A DNA stretch of 64,000 bases, taken from assembly GCA_965222025.1 (NCBI GenBank), contig CBDCTI010000009.1, positions 343,749 to 407,748 on the forward strand, given 5' to 3'. The position numbers and the translations under genes were made by a program. This DNA is from Dehalococcoidia bacterium (GTDB lineage Bacteria; Chloroflexota; Dehalococcoidia; Lucifugimonadales; UBA3495). Below the pieces are notes generated by a model. That model searched no databases. It was given only the letters and a program-made list of their open reading frames with translations, and was not told the origin of the DNA. Positions 40,590-50,084 of this stretch are shown here, one piece after another (position 1 is the first letter of the stretch; each line of letters starts with the position of its first letter).

Positions 40590-40669
40590 GAAATCTGGCG
40601 CATGGTGCGCCGAGTATCCAGAGGTTTTCAGGGGTATTTGGCCGTCGCTTGGCCAACCACATTAATCAA

Positions 40670-41815
40670 CTAGTGCCTGGTGAGTTCCTCGCGAAGGCGG
40701 CGGATGACCGTCTCTGTTTCTTCCTCGGTAAGGTTGAGGGGGTCGACGGCCAGTTCCTGGGGGCCGCCGAGCTGGTGCAGGTAGACCTGGGGGGTGCCCT
40801 GGGTCATGGCAGTGCCTACGACATCCCGGGAGGGGCCGCGCCACTCGTCGGTGAAGCGGATGACGGCGCAGGGAAGTAGGTAGTTATTGCTGTCGTGCTC
40901 CAGGGTGACGTTCAGGCCCGGAAGCTCGACCAAGGCATCCACCACGCGCTGCATCATATGGCGGTAAGAGGCCATCTCGGCCTCTTCGTCCTCCTCGACG
41001 AAGGCGGCGAGGGACGCCACAAGGCCAACGACTTCTTCCTTGGCGACTTTCATGCCACGTCCGAGGAACTGGGCGGGACTGGCCTGGGTGGCTGCGGCTT
41101 CGATCAGGTCGGCGCGTCCGACAAGGACTCCGCTGCCCTGGGGACCCCGGATGCCCTTGCCGCCGCTGTAGACGACCATGTCTGCGCCGTCTTTCAGGTA
41201 GCGATAGAGGTTGGCGCGGGGCGGTAGCATGGAGGCGGCGTCAACGATGACCGGAATGTCGTGGGCGTGGGCGATTTCACAGACCCGCTCCAGGGGCATC
41301 ACCTTGTTGCTGGAGAAGGGAGCGCAAAGGTAGGCGATGGCGGCGGTGCGCTCGTTGATGGCGCCCTCGAGCTGCCAGGGGTGAGCGTACAGGTAATCGC
41401 CGAACTCCACCATCTTTGCCCCGGCGGCGCGGTAGGCCTGGTCGTAAGGGAATCGGTGCATGGTGTGGATGACGATTTCGTTCTTCAGCCCTTCCGTGTC
41501 GGGCAACTGGCGCATCTTGACCGGGTCGTTGCCGGCGATGGCGGCGGCGGCCTGCAACAGTAGGCCACCAGCGGCGCCGCTGCAGACGAAGCCAGCTTCG
41601 GCTCCGGTGAGGCGGGCCAGCTCCTTCCCCGCAGCCCGGTTGAGGTCTTCGATGTTGACCATCACCCGGGCGGCCTGCTCCATCAAGGCCAGGGTCTCGG
41701 GACGGGTGCGAGTCCCGCCGAGGCGAGTGATTGAACCGGCGGCATTGATTATGGGAGCAATGCCTATCCTCTGGTAGATAGCATCGACGTCCCAGGCGTT
41801 CATATGGTCGGCCAC
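40670..41815 (-). CDS. SelA-like / DgaE-like PLP-dependent enzyme
   Basis: 381 aa; ...IINAAGSITRLGG...VVYSGGKGIRGPQGSGVLVGR (PLP-lysine context). Confidence 0.7.
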   Translation of the reverse strand: MADHMNAWDVDAIYQRIGIAPIINAAGSITRLGGTRTRPETLALMEQAARVMVNIEDLNRAAGKELARLTGAEAGFVCSGAAGGLLLQAAAAIAGNDPVKMRQLPDTEGLKNEIVIHTMHRFPYDQAYRAAGAKMVEFGDYLYAHPWQLEGAINERTAAIAYLCAPFSSNKVMPLERVCEIAHAHDIPVIVDAASMLPPRANLYRYLKDGADMVVYSGGKGIRGPQGSGVLVGRADLIEAAATQASPAQFLGRGMKVAKEEVVGLVASLAAFVEEDEEAEMASYRHMMQRVVDALVELPGLNVTLEHDSNNYLLPCAVIRFTDEWRGPSRDVVGTAMTQGTPQVYLHQLGGPQELAVDPLNLTEEETETVIRRLREELTRH

Positions 41816-41971
41816 TGCTTCCTCCTACGACTTATGCCCATTCTGCGGCCCAATCCGGGCCATCCCGCAGACGATTGCGGCACATTATAGCAACATCAAC
41901 CCAGCGGGGGTCTGTGGTAACATTTCAGCGAATTTCTGCAGGCCGCGAGGGCGGCAAAGGGCGAAAACGCG

Positions 41972-42748
41972 ATGGTACAGGCTTCAGGCACGCTGGAATC
42001 CCTGATTACAAAGGCCAAGATCGGGCTGGTGGTGGTCAGCGCGTCGACTGTATCGGAGCTGAGGTACCCCAAAGTCGTGCCCGAAGTTGGCTTCCTCGCC
42101 AGCCGGATGATGCTAGGCGGCGACGGCGGCCTGGAGGCGCTGCTGGAGATGGAGAGCAACTCGTCGCGGGCAGTGGGGGAACTGGCCTCTGCGGGGGTAG
42201 ACTCCATAGCATATTGCTGCACGGTGAGCGGGGCGCAGCGCGGGCTGGAGAAGGACCGCGAGTTCTGCGAAGACATGGAGCGGCAGTGGGGAGCGCCGAC
42301 GACATCTACGATGCTAGCCGCAGCGGAGGCGCTCCTGTACCTGGGCATACGACGGGTGGTGCTGACCAGCCCATACCCGCACAGCTACCACGATGCTGAG
42401 AGCCGCTACCTGGCCGAGGCGGACATCGAGACCGTATATGCCGACGGCATGGGGTTCCAGGCTGCCAACGAGTTTGCCGCTGTGCTGCCTGAGGAGATTT
42501 ACCGCTTCTCGCTGGACGCGTGGCGCCAAAGTGGGGGGAACGCCGACGGGCTGTTCATCAGCTGCATGAATTTCGACGCCATGGCGGCGGCGCAGGCCCT
42601 GGAAGATGCCATAGGCAAGCCGGTGGTTACGTCGCATTCCGCGACTCTGTGGCGGGCGCTGGCCCTGGCGGGCGTATCGGAGCCGGTGCACGGCTACGGG
42701 CGTCTCCTGGCCGAGGCAAGGGATTGTGCGGCATCCACCGTTGCGTAA
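41972..42748 (+). CDS. Asp/Glu/hydantoin racemase superfamily protein (maleate isomerase / arylmalonate decarboxylase-like)
   Basis: 258 aa; two Cys motifs in the expected context (IAYCCTVSG, LFISCMNF). Confidence 0.65.
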   Translation: MVQASGTLESLITKAKIGLVVVSASTVSELRYPKVVPEVGFLASRMMLGGDGGLEALLEMESNSSRAVGELASAGVDSIAYCCTVSGAQRGLEKDREFCEDMERQWGAPTTSTMLAAAEALLYLGIRRVVLTSPYPHSYHDAESRYLAEADIETVYADGMGFQAANEFAAVLPEEIYRFSLDAWRQSGGNADGLFISCMNFDAMAAAQALEDAIGKPVVTSHSATLWRALALAGVSEPVHGYGRLLAEARDCAASTVA

Positions 42749-42772
42749 TCATACTATTCAGGAGAGACAAGC

Positions 42773-43402
42773 ATGACCACAGCTGACCGTCTAAATTCCA
42801 TGCCCCTTGGCGAGGCGATGTTCACCCAGAGGGCCATTCGCAGGTTCAAGAAGGACCCGATCCCTGACGATGTGCTGGAAGACATCATGCAGGCGACGAT
42901 CCGGGCGCCGAACGGCGGCAACACCCAGCCCTGGCGCTTCATCCTGGTGAAGGACGACGAGAAACGAAGCAAGCTGGCAGAGTTGTACCACGAGGCTTGG
43001 TGGGCCAAGCGAGCCGATCAGGGGATCATGGGGCCGGAGGACATTCCGCCGGGCAAGAATTCCTCGCGGTCGGCGATGCGGATGGCCAACGAGATCGGTG
43101 ACGCCCCGGTGATGGTACTGTTGTGCGCCACCACGAAGGGAGCGCAGGCGGCCGGATCGGTAATTCCGTCTGCGCAGAATATGCTGCTGGCGGCCCGGGC
43201 CTTTGGCGTCGGGGGGACTATCGCGACGCTACACGCGGTGGTGGAAGAGCGTGTGCACGAGCTGTTCGGCATTCCGGAAGAGGCGCAGGTAGTGTACTGC
43301 CTGCCGCTGGGCTACCCTCGGGGAGAGTTCGGTCCGGTACAGCGGAAGCCGCTGACCGAGGTCTGCGGGGTGGACGGCTGGAGCAACAGCTACCCCGGAT
43401 AG
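42773..43402 (+). CDS. nitroreductase family protein
   Basis: 209 aa; ...RAIRRFKKDPIPDDVLEDIMQATIRAPNGGNTQPWRFILV... Confidence 0.85.
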   Translation: MTTADRLNSMPLGEAMFTQRAIRRFKKDPIPDDVLEDIMQATIRAPNGGNTQPWRFILVKDDEKRSKLAELYHEAWWAKRADQGIMGPEDIPPGKNSSRSAMRMANEIGDAPVMVLLCATTKGAQAAGSVIPSAQNMLLAARAFGVGGTIATLHAVVEERVHELFGIPEEAQVVYCLPLGYPRGEFGPVQRKPLTEVCGVDGWSNSYPG

Positions 43403-43537
43403 GGAGTGGACCTACAGGTCTTGGGGCATGATTGGGTGACCTTACACCTGAAATGAATTCGAACATCAAGGGGCGCACAGTCGTGCGCCCCGTTTGCTGG
43501 ACGAGATCAGGCAACCGGAGACAATGGAGAGCGGAGC

Positions 43538-44989
43538 ATGGCAGTAAGGACCGGGAAGCAGTTCCTCCAAGGGCTAAGAGACGGGCGGGAGGTGTGGCTT
43601 GAGGGGGAGCGGGTCGAGGACGTTACGGCGCATCCGAAGTTGAATAGGATGGCGCATACCTTGGCGGACATTTACGACCTCCAGCACTCGCCGGAACTGC
43701 GTGAGCGGATGACGTTCGCCTCCCCGACGAGTGGAGACCCAGTGGCACTGTCGTACCTCGTTCCGCAAAACAACGAAGACCTGCTGCGACGACGGGCGGC
43801 GCTGGAGATCGTCGCCCAGTCCTGCCATGGGATGCTGGGAAGGACTCCGGACTATGTGAACATCCAGCTTACGGCTTCCAGGCAGCTGGCCGCCCTTTAC
43901 GGAGAGAAGGACTCGCGATACGCCGACAACCTGAGGGCCTATCACGAGTACGTGCGGGAGAGAGACCTTTGCCTGACCCATGCGTTCGGGCACCCGCAGG
44001 TCAACAGGTCGGTGGCTCTGGCGGAGCTTCCCGACCCGTACGTGGCAGTCGGAGTGGTGGATACGTGCGCCGAGGGAGTTGTGGTCAGGGGTGCGAAAAA
44101 CCTGGCGACGCTGGCGCCGTTTTCGGACGAGATATTCGCGCCTCTGTACCGGCCGTTGCGAGAAGGTGTGGAGGAGGACCGGAAATACTGCCTGGGGTTC
44201 GCGGTGCCATCGAACATCAAGGGGCTCAAGTATATCTGCCGACCTTCGCACGACCTCGGGCTGCCACTGGCGGACTATCCGCTTTCTGGGCAGTTCGACG
44301 AGATGGACTCGCTGGTGGTGTTCGACGACGTGGTGGTGCCCTGGGAGCGGGTGTTCCTGTACGACGATGTGGAGCTGGGGAACCGTACGGTTACCCAGGT
44401 GGCGCTGTGGCGGCACTACATGCAACAGGTAGCGGTGAAGAACATCGCCAAGCTGGAGTTCATCCTTGGTATCGTCCGGGGCATAACGGAGGGCATCGGC
44501 ATCGGGGTGTATGGGCACGTCCAGGAGAAGACTGCGGAGATCATCGACACCATCGAGACCTGCCGGGCGTACATGCGGGCGGCAGAGGCGGACGCCGGGC
44601 CGCTGGAAGGGGCGGAGGGGATATGGCCCGCGCCGGAGCCGTGGATTGCCATGCGGCACTGGTACCCCGATGCCTACGAACGGGTGGCGGCCATCGTTCA
44701 GCAACTGGCAGCCAGCGGGCTGATGCTGACGCCCACGGAGGCCGATGTGACGGGGCCACTGGCGGACGACATTGCCAAGTACTACCAAGGAACGAACATG
44801 GCGGCACCGGAGCGGGTGCGGCTGTTCAAGCTGGCGTGGGACCTGATCGGCACGCAGTTCGGGTCGCGGCAGAGGCTGTATGAGCGTTACTTCAACGGCG
44901 ACGTGGTGCAGCTGCGGATGCGGCGGTACGCACAGTACGACTATACGCGGGCGAAAGAGTCCGTGCGACGGTTCATGGAAGGGTTGTGA
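43538..44989 (+). CDS. 4-hydroxyphenylacetate 3-monooxygenase oxygenase-component family (HpaB-like)
   Basis: 483 aa; MAVRTGKQFLQGLRDGREVWLEGERVEDVTAHP... and overall family-typical length. Confidence 0.85.
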   Translation: MAVRTGKQFLQGLRDGREVWLEGERVEDVTAHPKLNRMAHTLADIYDLQHSPELRERMTFASPTSGDPVALSYLVPQNNEDLLRRRAALEIVAQSCHGMLGRTPDYVNIQLTASRQLAALYGEKDSRYADNLRAYHEYVRERDLCLTHAFGHPQVNRSVALAELPDPYVAVGVVDTCAEGVVVRGAKNLATLAPFSDEIFAPLYRPLREGVEEDRKYCLGFAVPSNIKGLKYICRPSHDLGLPLADYPLSGQFDEMDSLVVFDDVVVPWERVFLYDDVELGNRTVTQVALWRHYMQQVAVKNIAKLEFILGIVRGITEGIGIGVYGHVQEKTAEIIDTIETCRAYMRAAEADAGPLEGAEGIWPAPEPWIAMRHWYPDAYERVAAIVQQLAASGLMLTPTEADVTGPLADDIAKYYQGTNMAAPERVRLFKLAWDLIGTQFGSRQRLYERYFNGDVVQLRMRRYAQYDYTRAKESVRRFMEGL

Positions 44990-45053
44990 GGTTGCTGCGA
45001 GGGATTGCTTCCAACCGCTGAGCGTACTTGATGGAACCGAGGAAGCCGCCTAG

Positions 45054-46509
45054 TATTACAACGACAGTTCAAGGCGGGATAGTCCGAGATGCGCGCAAAG
45101 CAGACCGGCGCTTGGCGTGGGAGCGACTGGCTCGCTCGTTACTACACTGCGTCTGCTTCAGCCACAGTAGCAACTCCTCCGGCCCGAACCACTCCCGGGG
45201 CAGCATCCTCCCGCACCACCCGGTAGACCTGAGGACGGGTGATCCGGGGCATCTTTCCCCCCAAGCCTGTTGTAGGCTCAGCAGGAAGGCTCCGCCCAGC
45301 AGGCACAGGGCCACGTGATGATGCCAGCCCGCCCAGGTGCGGGTCTCATATTCGTCCAGCCCCACGTCCCCCTTTCCCGTCTCAAACTCCGTTTCTATGC
45401 GCCACCTGGAACCGCCCACGTATGCCAGGGTCTCCAACGGCGTATCCTCCGGAGCATTGGAAAGGTAGTAGCGGGGCTCGCTGCCGTCCAGGTTCCGGCG
45501 GTAGACGGCCCAGTGGATTTCTCCGGGCTTCCTTTTGCTGCTGGGCCGCACCCGCTGGGCGCTGAATGTATAGCTCCTCGGCCCCTGGCTCCCCTGGGCC
45601 ACCGTGATCTCCTGCCAGGCATCCTCCGGCAATTCGCCACTGCGCTCCCCCATCGTGCGCCGCTGTCCGGCCACCAGCCTGGGCTTGGGAGGCCCACCCC
45701 GTCCCCGGTAGACCGGAGTGTCCACTCGGGCTCCACCGGCCACACTGTAAAGGCCTCTGGAACGTCCAGGACGTAGTGCATTCCCAAGGTCGCCAACCCG
45801 TTGCGGAAGGACGGCGACACGCCGAAGGCGTCGTCTGCCGCGACCCATCCGGCCCTCAGATGGCCCAACTCTACTGCCCGCTCCAGCATCTCCAAAGCCA
45901 GTCCCGTCTTCGACCGGTAGCTCCGTCGCTCCCCCGGAATCCCAGCCGCAGCACAACGGTCCTCGTCCGAGGTCCAGCTCTCCGGCAGATAAAGGCGCTT
46001 GTCCACCAGGGACCGGCCCAACGGGCTCACGTAGGCCAAGAACATCCCCGCCTGGCAGTTGGCCACCTTGCCCAGCCGGCCGCAGTACTGCCGGGCCACT
46101 CCCGCCGACTTCCTACCCTGCTTGGGAAAGTCGCTGCCGTCCAGGACCTACACCCCCTCAGGATGCTCCAGCCGGGTTCCCAGGTACTCCTCCAGCCGCC
46201 CTATAACCGCCTCATCGTCCCAGGGAGAGTCGGTGAGAAACCGCTGCATCCCCCGGGCGGACTCAGGAACCGTCTCCGATAGATTCTCGGCGTTGCGCCG
46301 CTCCCCGGATTGCACCAGCAGGGCTTGCAAATAATGGCTGCTGCGCTCCCGCGTCTCCCGGCGGCCAAACAGCCCAGCGAAGTAAACGTGAAACCCCTGA
46401 AAGTCCTGATATATCTGCTCGAAAGCTGCCGCATCCACTTCCCTGCCTCACCCGACCAAGCCTTCCCCAACCTCCCAGTGATCTTATCACGCCAACTGTC
46501 GTTGTAATA
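45054..46509 (-). mobile_element. IS701-like insertion sequence, copy 1 (1456 bp)
   Basis: TIR TATTACAACGACAGTT; CTAG at 45050..45053 and 46510..46513. Confidence 0.85.
45069..46438 (-). pseudogene. IS701-family transposase with an in-frame TAG and a frameshift
   Basis: ...[46 protein letters not shown]... (TAG 46148..46150); frame change after ...VWPVEPEW; an A3 run plus a compensating extra G near the C-terminus. Confidence 0.85.
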
Positions 46510-46515
46510 CTAGGC

Positions 46516-46700
46516 CGGCGTCTCGTTTCGTTGGCCGGGTCCGCTGCTTCAGGTGGCCGAGGATGTGGTGCCACGCTCCTCGGCCTGGCCAGTTGCCATG
46601 GCCGTTAGGGAAGTGGTCGATGGGGAGGTTGTGGGCGCGGCCGCTGGAGTTGTCCGTGGCCGCGCATTCGTGAACGCTGGGGGTTCTCCTGAGGGCCGAG
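46516..46700 (-). pseudogene. decayed paralogue of the zinc-ribbon gene 49526..49963
   Basis: ...VHECAATDNSSGRAHNLPIDHFPNGHGNWP... versus CPHCGDAMDVFNYRAHNLPIEHCPNDHGYWL; Cys ligands lost; cut by IS701 copy 1. Confidence 0.4.
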
Positions 46701-46733
46701 CTCCCGCGAGCTTCAAGCCGGGTATTTTCGGGT

Positions 46734-47057
46734 TTAGTTCGACCCGATGAGCACGCGACGGATAATCTTATGCGCCTTGCAATTGCAATCGATGAAACTG
46801 TCGCACTCAAGGACCTCATCGATCTCGGATGCCACTTCAGCGGCGCCGTCGGCGTAGCCGTCGTTGTAGCCCGACTCCGAGCGGACCCCGCCAAAGCTTT
46901 CAGCAAAAGCGTCGTCGAAATCCAGCTCGTCGGGTGCTTTGCTGTAGCCTGCCTCGTAGTCTTCGGGAAAGGCCTCAAAGCGGGCCCTTTCGTAGGGGTC
47001 GCCGGTCTCGCCCTCTGCCAGGCTCCCAAGTTCTGGAAATGTCGAATCGTAGGACAT
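46734..47057 (-). CDS. small acidic protein with a Cys-containing C-terminal tail, unknown family (paralogue A)
   Basis: ATG 47057 preceded by GGAGGAGG; 107 aa; C-terminus SESGYNDGYADGAAEVASEIDEVLECDSFIDCNCKAHKIIRRVLIGSN. Confidence 0.55.
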   Translation of the reverse strand: MSYDSTFPELGSLAEGETGDPYERARFEAFPEDYEAGYSKAPDELDFDDAFAESFGGVRSESGYNDGYADGAAEVASEIDEVLECDSFIDCNCKAHKIIRRVLIGSN

Positions 47058-47313
47058 TTTTCCTCCTCCAGTCCAAGTCAATTGTCGGTCTTGATCTATC
47101 GTGAAGGGGGTCGAACAGTCAGAGCGCTTGCTTAAACGCAATTCTCTTGGGACGATCCCATAATCTTCGCTCCTTCCACAAACTCACTGAATGACTCGAG
47201 CTTGAATAGCCTTGCGAATACTATGGCATCACCGTAGCGTATCCGTGAATAAACCAAAGTAAACAAATTACTTCATCGGCCCCAGGAAGCTTCTAGACTG
47301 GGTACATTCTCGT

Positions 47314-47712
47314 TTAGTTAAAGGTGGAGAGCAGGCGGCGGACGATCTGGTGGGGCAAGCATCCGCAGTCGCTGATGTTATTGCATTCAAGGGCCTGAGC
47401 GATCTCGGAGGCAGCATCTGATGCGCCTTCAGCGAGGCCATCTTTGTAGCCAGACTCAGACCGCCCTTCGCAGTGGCCAGAGGCGTATCCATCGGCATAA
47501 GCCTCCAGGCGGCTCTGCTCGCCGGAACTCTCAGCGTGGCCAGCTACGCACCCAACTAGGTACGCCCTTAACCGGGCCTGCTCGTCGGGATCCTCAGCAC
47601 GGCCTTCACAGTAACCGGCGGCATAGCCTTTGGAGTAGGCCCTCTCGCGGGGGTTTCCGGCCAGGCAATCAGTCGTCCCATTGTGTTCCGGCAGATTGGA
47701 GTCGTCAGACAT
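47314..47712 (-). CDS. small acidic protein with a Cys-containing C-terminal tail, unknown family (paralogue B)
   Basis: 132 aa; three about-20-aa repeats R..AY..GY..G.CEGR.E; C-terminus SESGYKDGLAEGASDAASEIAQALECNNISDCGCLPHQIVRRLLSTFN. Confidence 0.55.
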   Translation of the reverse strand: MSDDSNLPEHNGTTDCLAGNPRERAYSKGYAAGYCEGRAEDPDEQARLRAYLVGCVAGHAESSGEQSRLEAYADGYASGHCEGRSESGYKDGLAEGASDAASEIAQALECNNISDCGCLPHQIVRRLLSTFN

Positions 47713-47945
47713 CGTTCCATCTCAAAGGTCCCGTGCAATTCGAGTTGAACAGCCCAACTATTACTTTAGCAGTGCCATAACAGGCGGTATGTGAACTTAT
47801 GTCAACGATTGCCCAATTTTGCGCGTCGGGGAGTTGGATACTGAGGGCGACCAGGCCAATGGGAATGACCGCAGTTTCAGCAGGGGACGCTGCTCACTGA
47901 TTATCCGATCGATTCAATCGCAGCCATAATGGTCCAGCATGTTAG

Positions 47946-49402
47946 TATTACAACGACAGTTGGCGTGATAAGATCACTGGGAGGTTGGGGAAGGCTTGGT
48001 CGGGTGAGGTAGGGAAGTGGATGCGGCAGCTTTCGAGCAGATATATCAGGACTTTCAGGGGTTTCACGCTTACTTCGCTGGGCTGTTTGGCCGCCGGGAG
48101 ACGCGGGAGCGCAGCGGCCATTATCTGCAAGCCCTGCTGGTGCAATCCGGGGAGCGGCGCAACGCCGAGAATCTATCGGAGACGGTTCCTGAGTCCGCCC
48201 GGGGGATGCAGCGGTTTCTCACCGACTCTCCCTGGGACGATGAGGCGGTTATAGGGCGGCTGGAGGAGTACCTGGGAACCCGGCTGGAGCATCCTGAGGG
48301 GGTGTAGGTCCTGGACGGCAGCGACTTTCCCAAGCAGGGTAGGAAGTCGGCGGGAGTGGCCCGGCAGTACTGCGGCCGGCTGGGCAAGGTGGCCAACTGC
48401 CAGGCGGGGATGTTCTTGGCCTACGTAAGCCCGTTGGGCCGGTCCCTGGTGGACAAGCGCCTTTATCTGCCGGAGAGCTGGACCTCGGACGAGGACCGTT
48501 GTGCTGCGGCTGGGATTCCGGGGGAGCGACGGAGCTACCGGTCGAAGACGGGACTGGCTTTGGAGATGCTGGAGCGGACAGTAGAGTTGGGCCATCTGAG
48601 GGCCGGATGGGTCGCCGCAGACGACGCCTTCGGCGTGTCGCCGTCCTTCCGCAACGGGTTGGCGACCTTGGGAATGCACTACGTCCTGGACGTTCCAGAG
48701 GCCTTTACAGTGTGGCCGGTGGAGCCCGAGTGGACACTCCGGTCTACCGGGGACGGGGTGGGCCTCCCAAGCCCAGGCTGGTGGCCGGACAGCGGCGCAC
48801 GATGGGGGAGCGCAGTGGCGAATTGCCGGAGGATGCCTGGCAGGAGATCACGGTGGCCCAGGGGAGCCAGGGGCCGAGGAGCTATACATTCAGCGCCCAG
48901 CGGGTGCGGCCCAGCAGCAAAAGGAAGCCCGGAGAAATCCACTGGGCCGTCTACCGCCGGAACCTGGACGGCAGCGAGCCCCGCTACTACCTTTCCAATG
49001 CTCCGGAGGATACGCCGTTGGAGACCCTGGCATACGTGGGCGGTTCCAGGTGGCGCATAGAAACGGAGTTTGAGACGGGAAAGGGGGACGTGGGGCTGGA
49101 CGAATATGAGACCCGCACCTGGGCGGGCTGGCATCATCACGTGGCCCTGTGCCTGCTGGGCGGAGCCTTCCTGCTGAGCCTACAACAGGCTTGGGGGGAA
49201 AAAGATGCCCCGGATCACCCGTCCTCAGGTCTACCGGGTGGTGCGGGAGATGCTGCCCCGGGAGTGGTTCGGGCCGGAGGAGTTGCTACTGTGGCTGAAG
49301 CAGACGCAGTGTAGTAACGAGCGAGCCAGTCGCTCCCACGCCAAGCGCCGGTCTGCTTTGCGCGCATCTCGGACTATCCCGCCTTGAACTGTCGTTGTAA
49401 TA
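47946..49402 (+). mobile_element. IS701-like insertion sequence, copy 2 (1457 bp)
   Basis: Same TIRs; flanked by TTAG (47942..47945) and CTAG (49403..49406); inverted relative to copy 1. Confidence 0.85.
48017..49387 (+). pseudogene. IS701-family transposase with the same TAG and frameshift as copy 1, plus an A5 indel
   Basis: TAG 48305..48307; same frame change after VWPVEPEW; GGGGGGAAAAAGATG here versus GGGGGGAAAGATG in copy 1. Confidence 0.85.
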
Positions 49403-49525
49403 CTAGGAGCACGCGAGGTGAACCCAGAAAGGCTGGCCGGTGAGTCGACTATTCGGAGATACCCAGTAAACGGGCATGTGGCGCCGCTAGGAGGGGAGGC
49501 GGCGGTACCGGAGTTGCTGCCCTCC

Positions 49526-49963
49526 TCAGTTGAAGAGGTCGCGTATGCGATCCAGAAAGCCGCCCCGGCTGGCCCCGCGTTCCATGAAGCGGGCCCACTG
49601 CTGCTCGGCGGACTCGGAGCGGCGAAGGTCGCGGGCGCGCTCCTTCATCAGGTCGAGAATGCGGTCCTCTTCTCCCTTGTCCAGCCAGTAGCCGTGGTCG
49701 TTGGGGCAGTGTTCGATGGGCAGGTTGTGAGCGCGGTAGTTGAAGACGTCCATCGCATCGCCGCAGTGGGGGCAGGCTCGCTCACCGGAACGGCGGGCGT
49801 AGTCACGAGTGCCCTTGAGCACTTCGTCCCGGTTGGCCGTGTCTTCCAGCAGGTCCATTTCGTCGAAGTCGAGCCACAGGCCCTTGCACTGGGGGCAGTG
49901 GTCGACTTCCAGGCCCCGATACTTACGCTCGTCGAGGGCTACGCTGCAGTCGGGACAGTTCAT
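49526..49963 (-). CDS. double zinc-ribbon protein (zf-TFIIB-like, CPxC...CxxCxGxWLD)
   Basis: MNCPDCSVALDERKYRGLEVDHCPQCKGLWLDFDE... and a second module CPHCGD...HCPNDHGYWLDKGE; GGAGAG before the ATG at 49963. Confidence 0.7.
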   Translation of the reverse strand: MNCPDCSVALDERKYRGLEVDHCPQCKGLWLDFDEMDLLEDTANRDEVLKGTRDYARRSGERACPHCGDAMDVFNYRAHNLPIEHCPNDHGYWLDKGEEDRILDLMKERARDLRRSESAEQQWARFMERGASRGGFLDRIRDLFN

Positions 49964-50084
49964 TCTAAGCTCTCCGGTCTGGTAGTTCACCGCAGGAAGC
50001 GGCGCGTTTTCAGGTGCAATTGTCAGTGCAATTAGAGTAACAGATTGCGACCCGAGATTCCCGAATGGAGTCCTCCAGTCCGGG

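Noticed and set aside
22873-48307. Recurrent in-frame TAG codons after which the reading frame continues: adhesin 22873, metallopeptidase 38703, IS701 transposases 46148 and 48305. This could suggest amber reassignment or readthrough.
   Set aside because: Many clearly intact genes in the window terminate on TAG at their expected ends (512..1426, res, DppC-like, LLM, SelA-like, nitroreductase). Other broken genes carry in-frame TAA or TGA (3122, 25311, 3789) or indels. Ordinary nonsense mutations in pseudogenes explain this.
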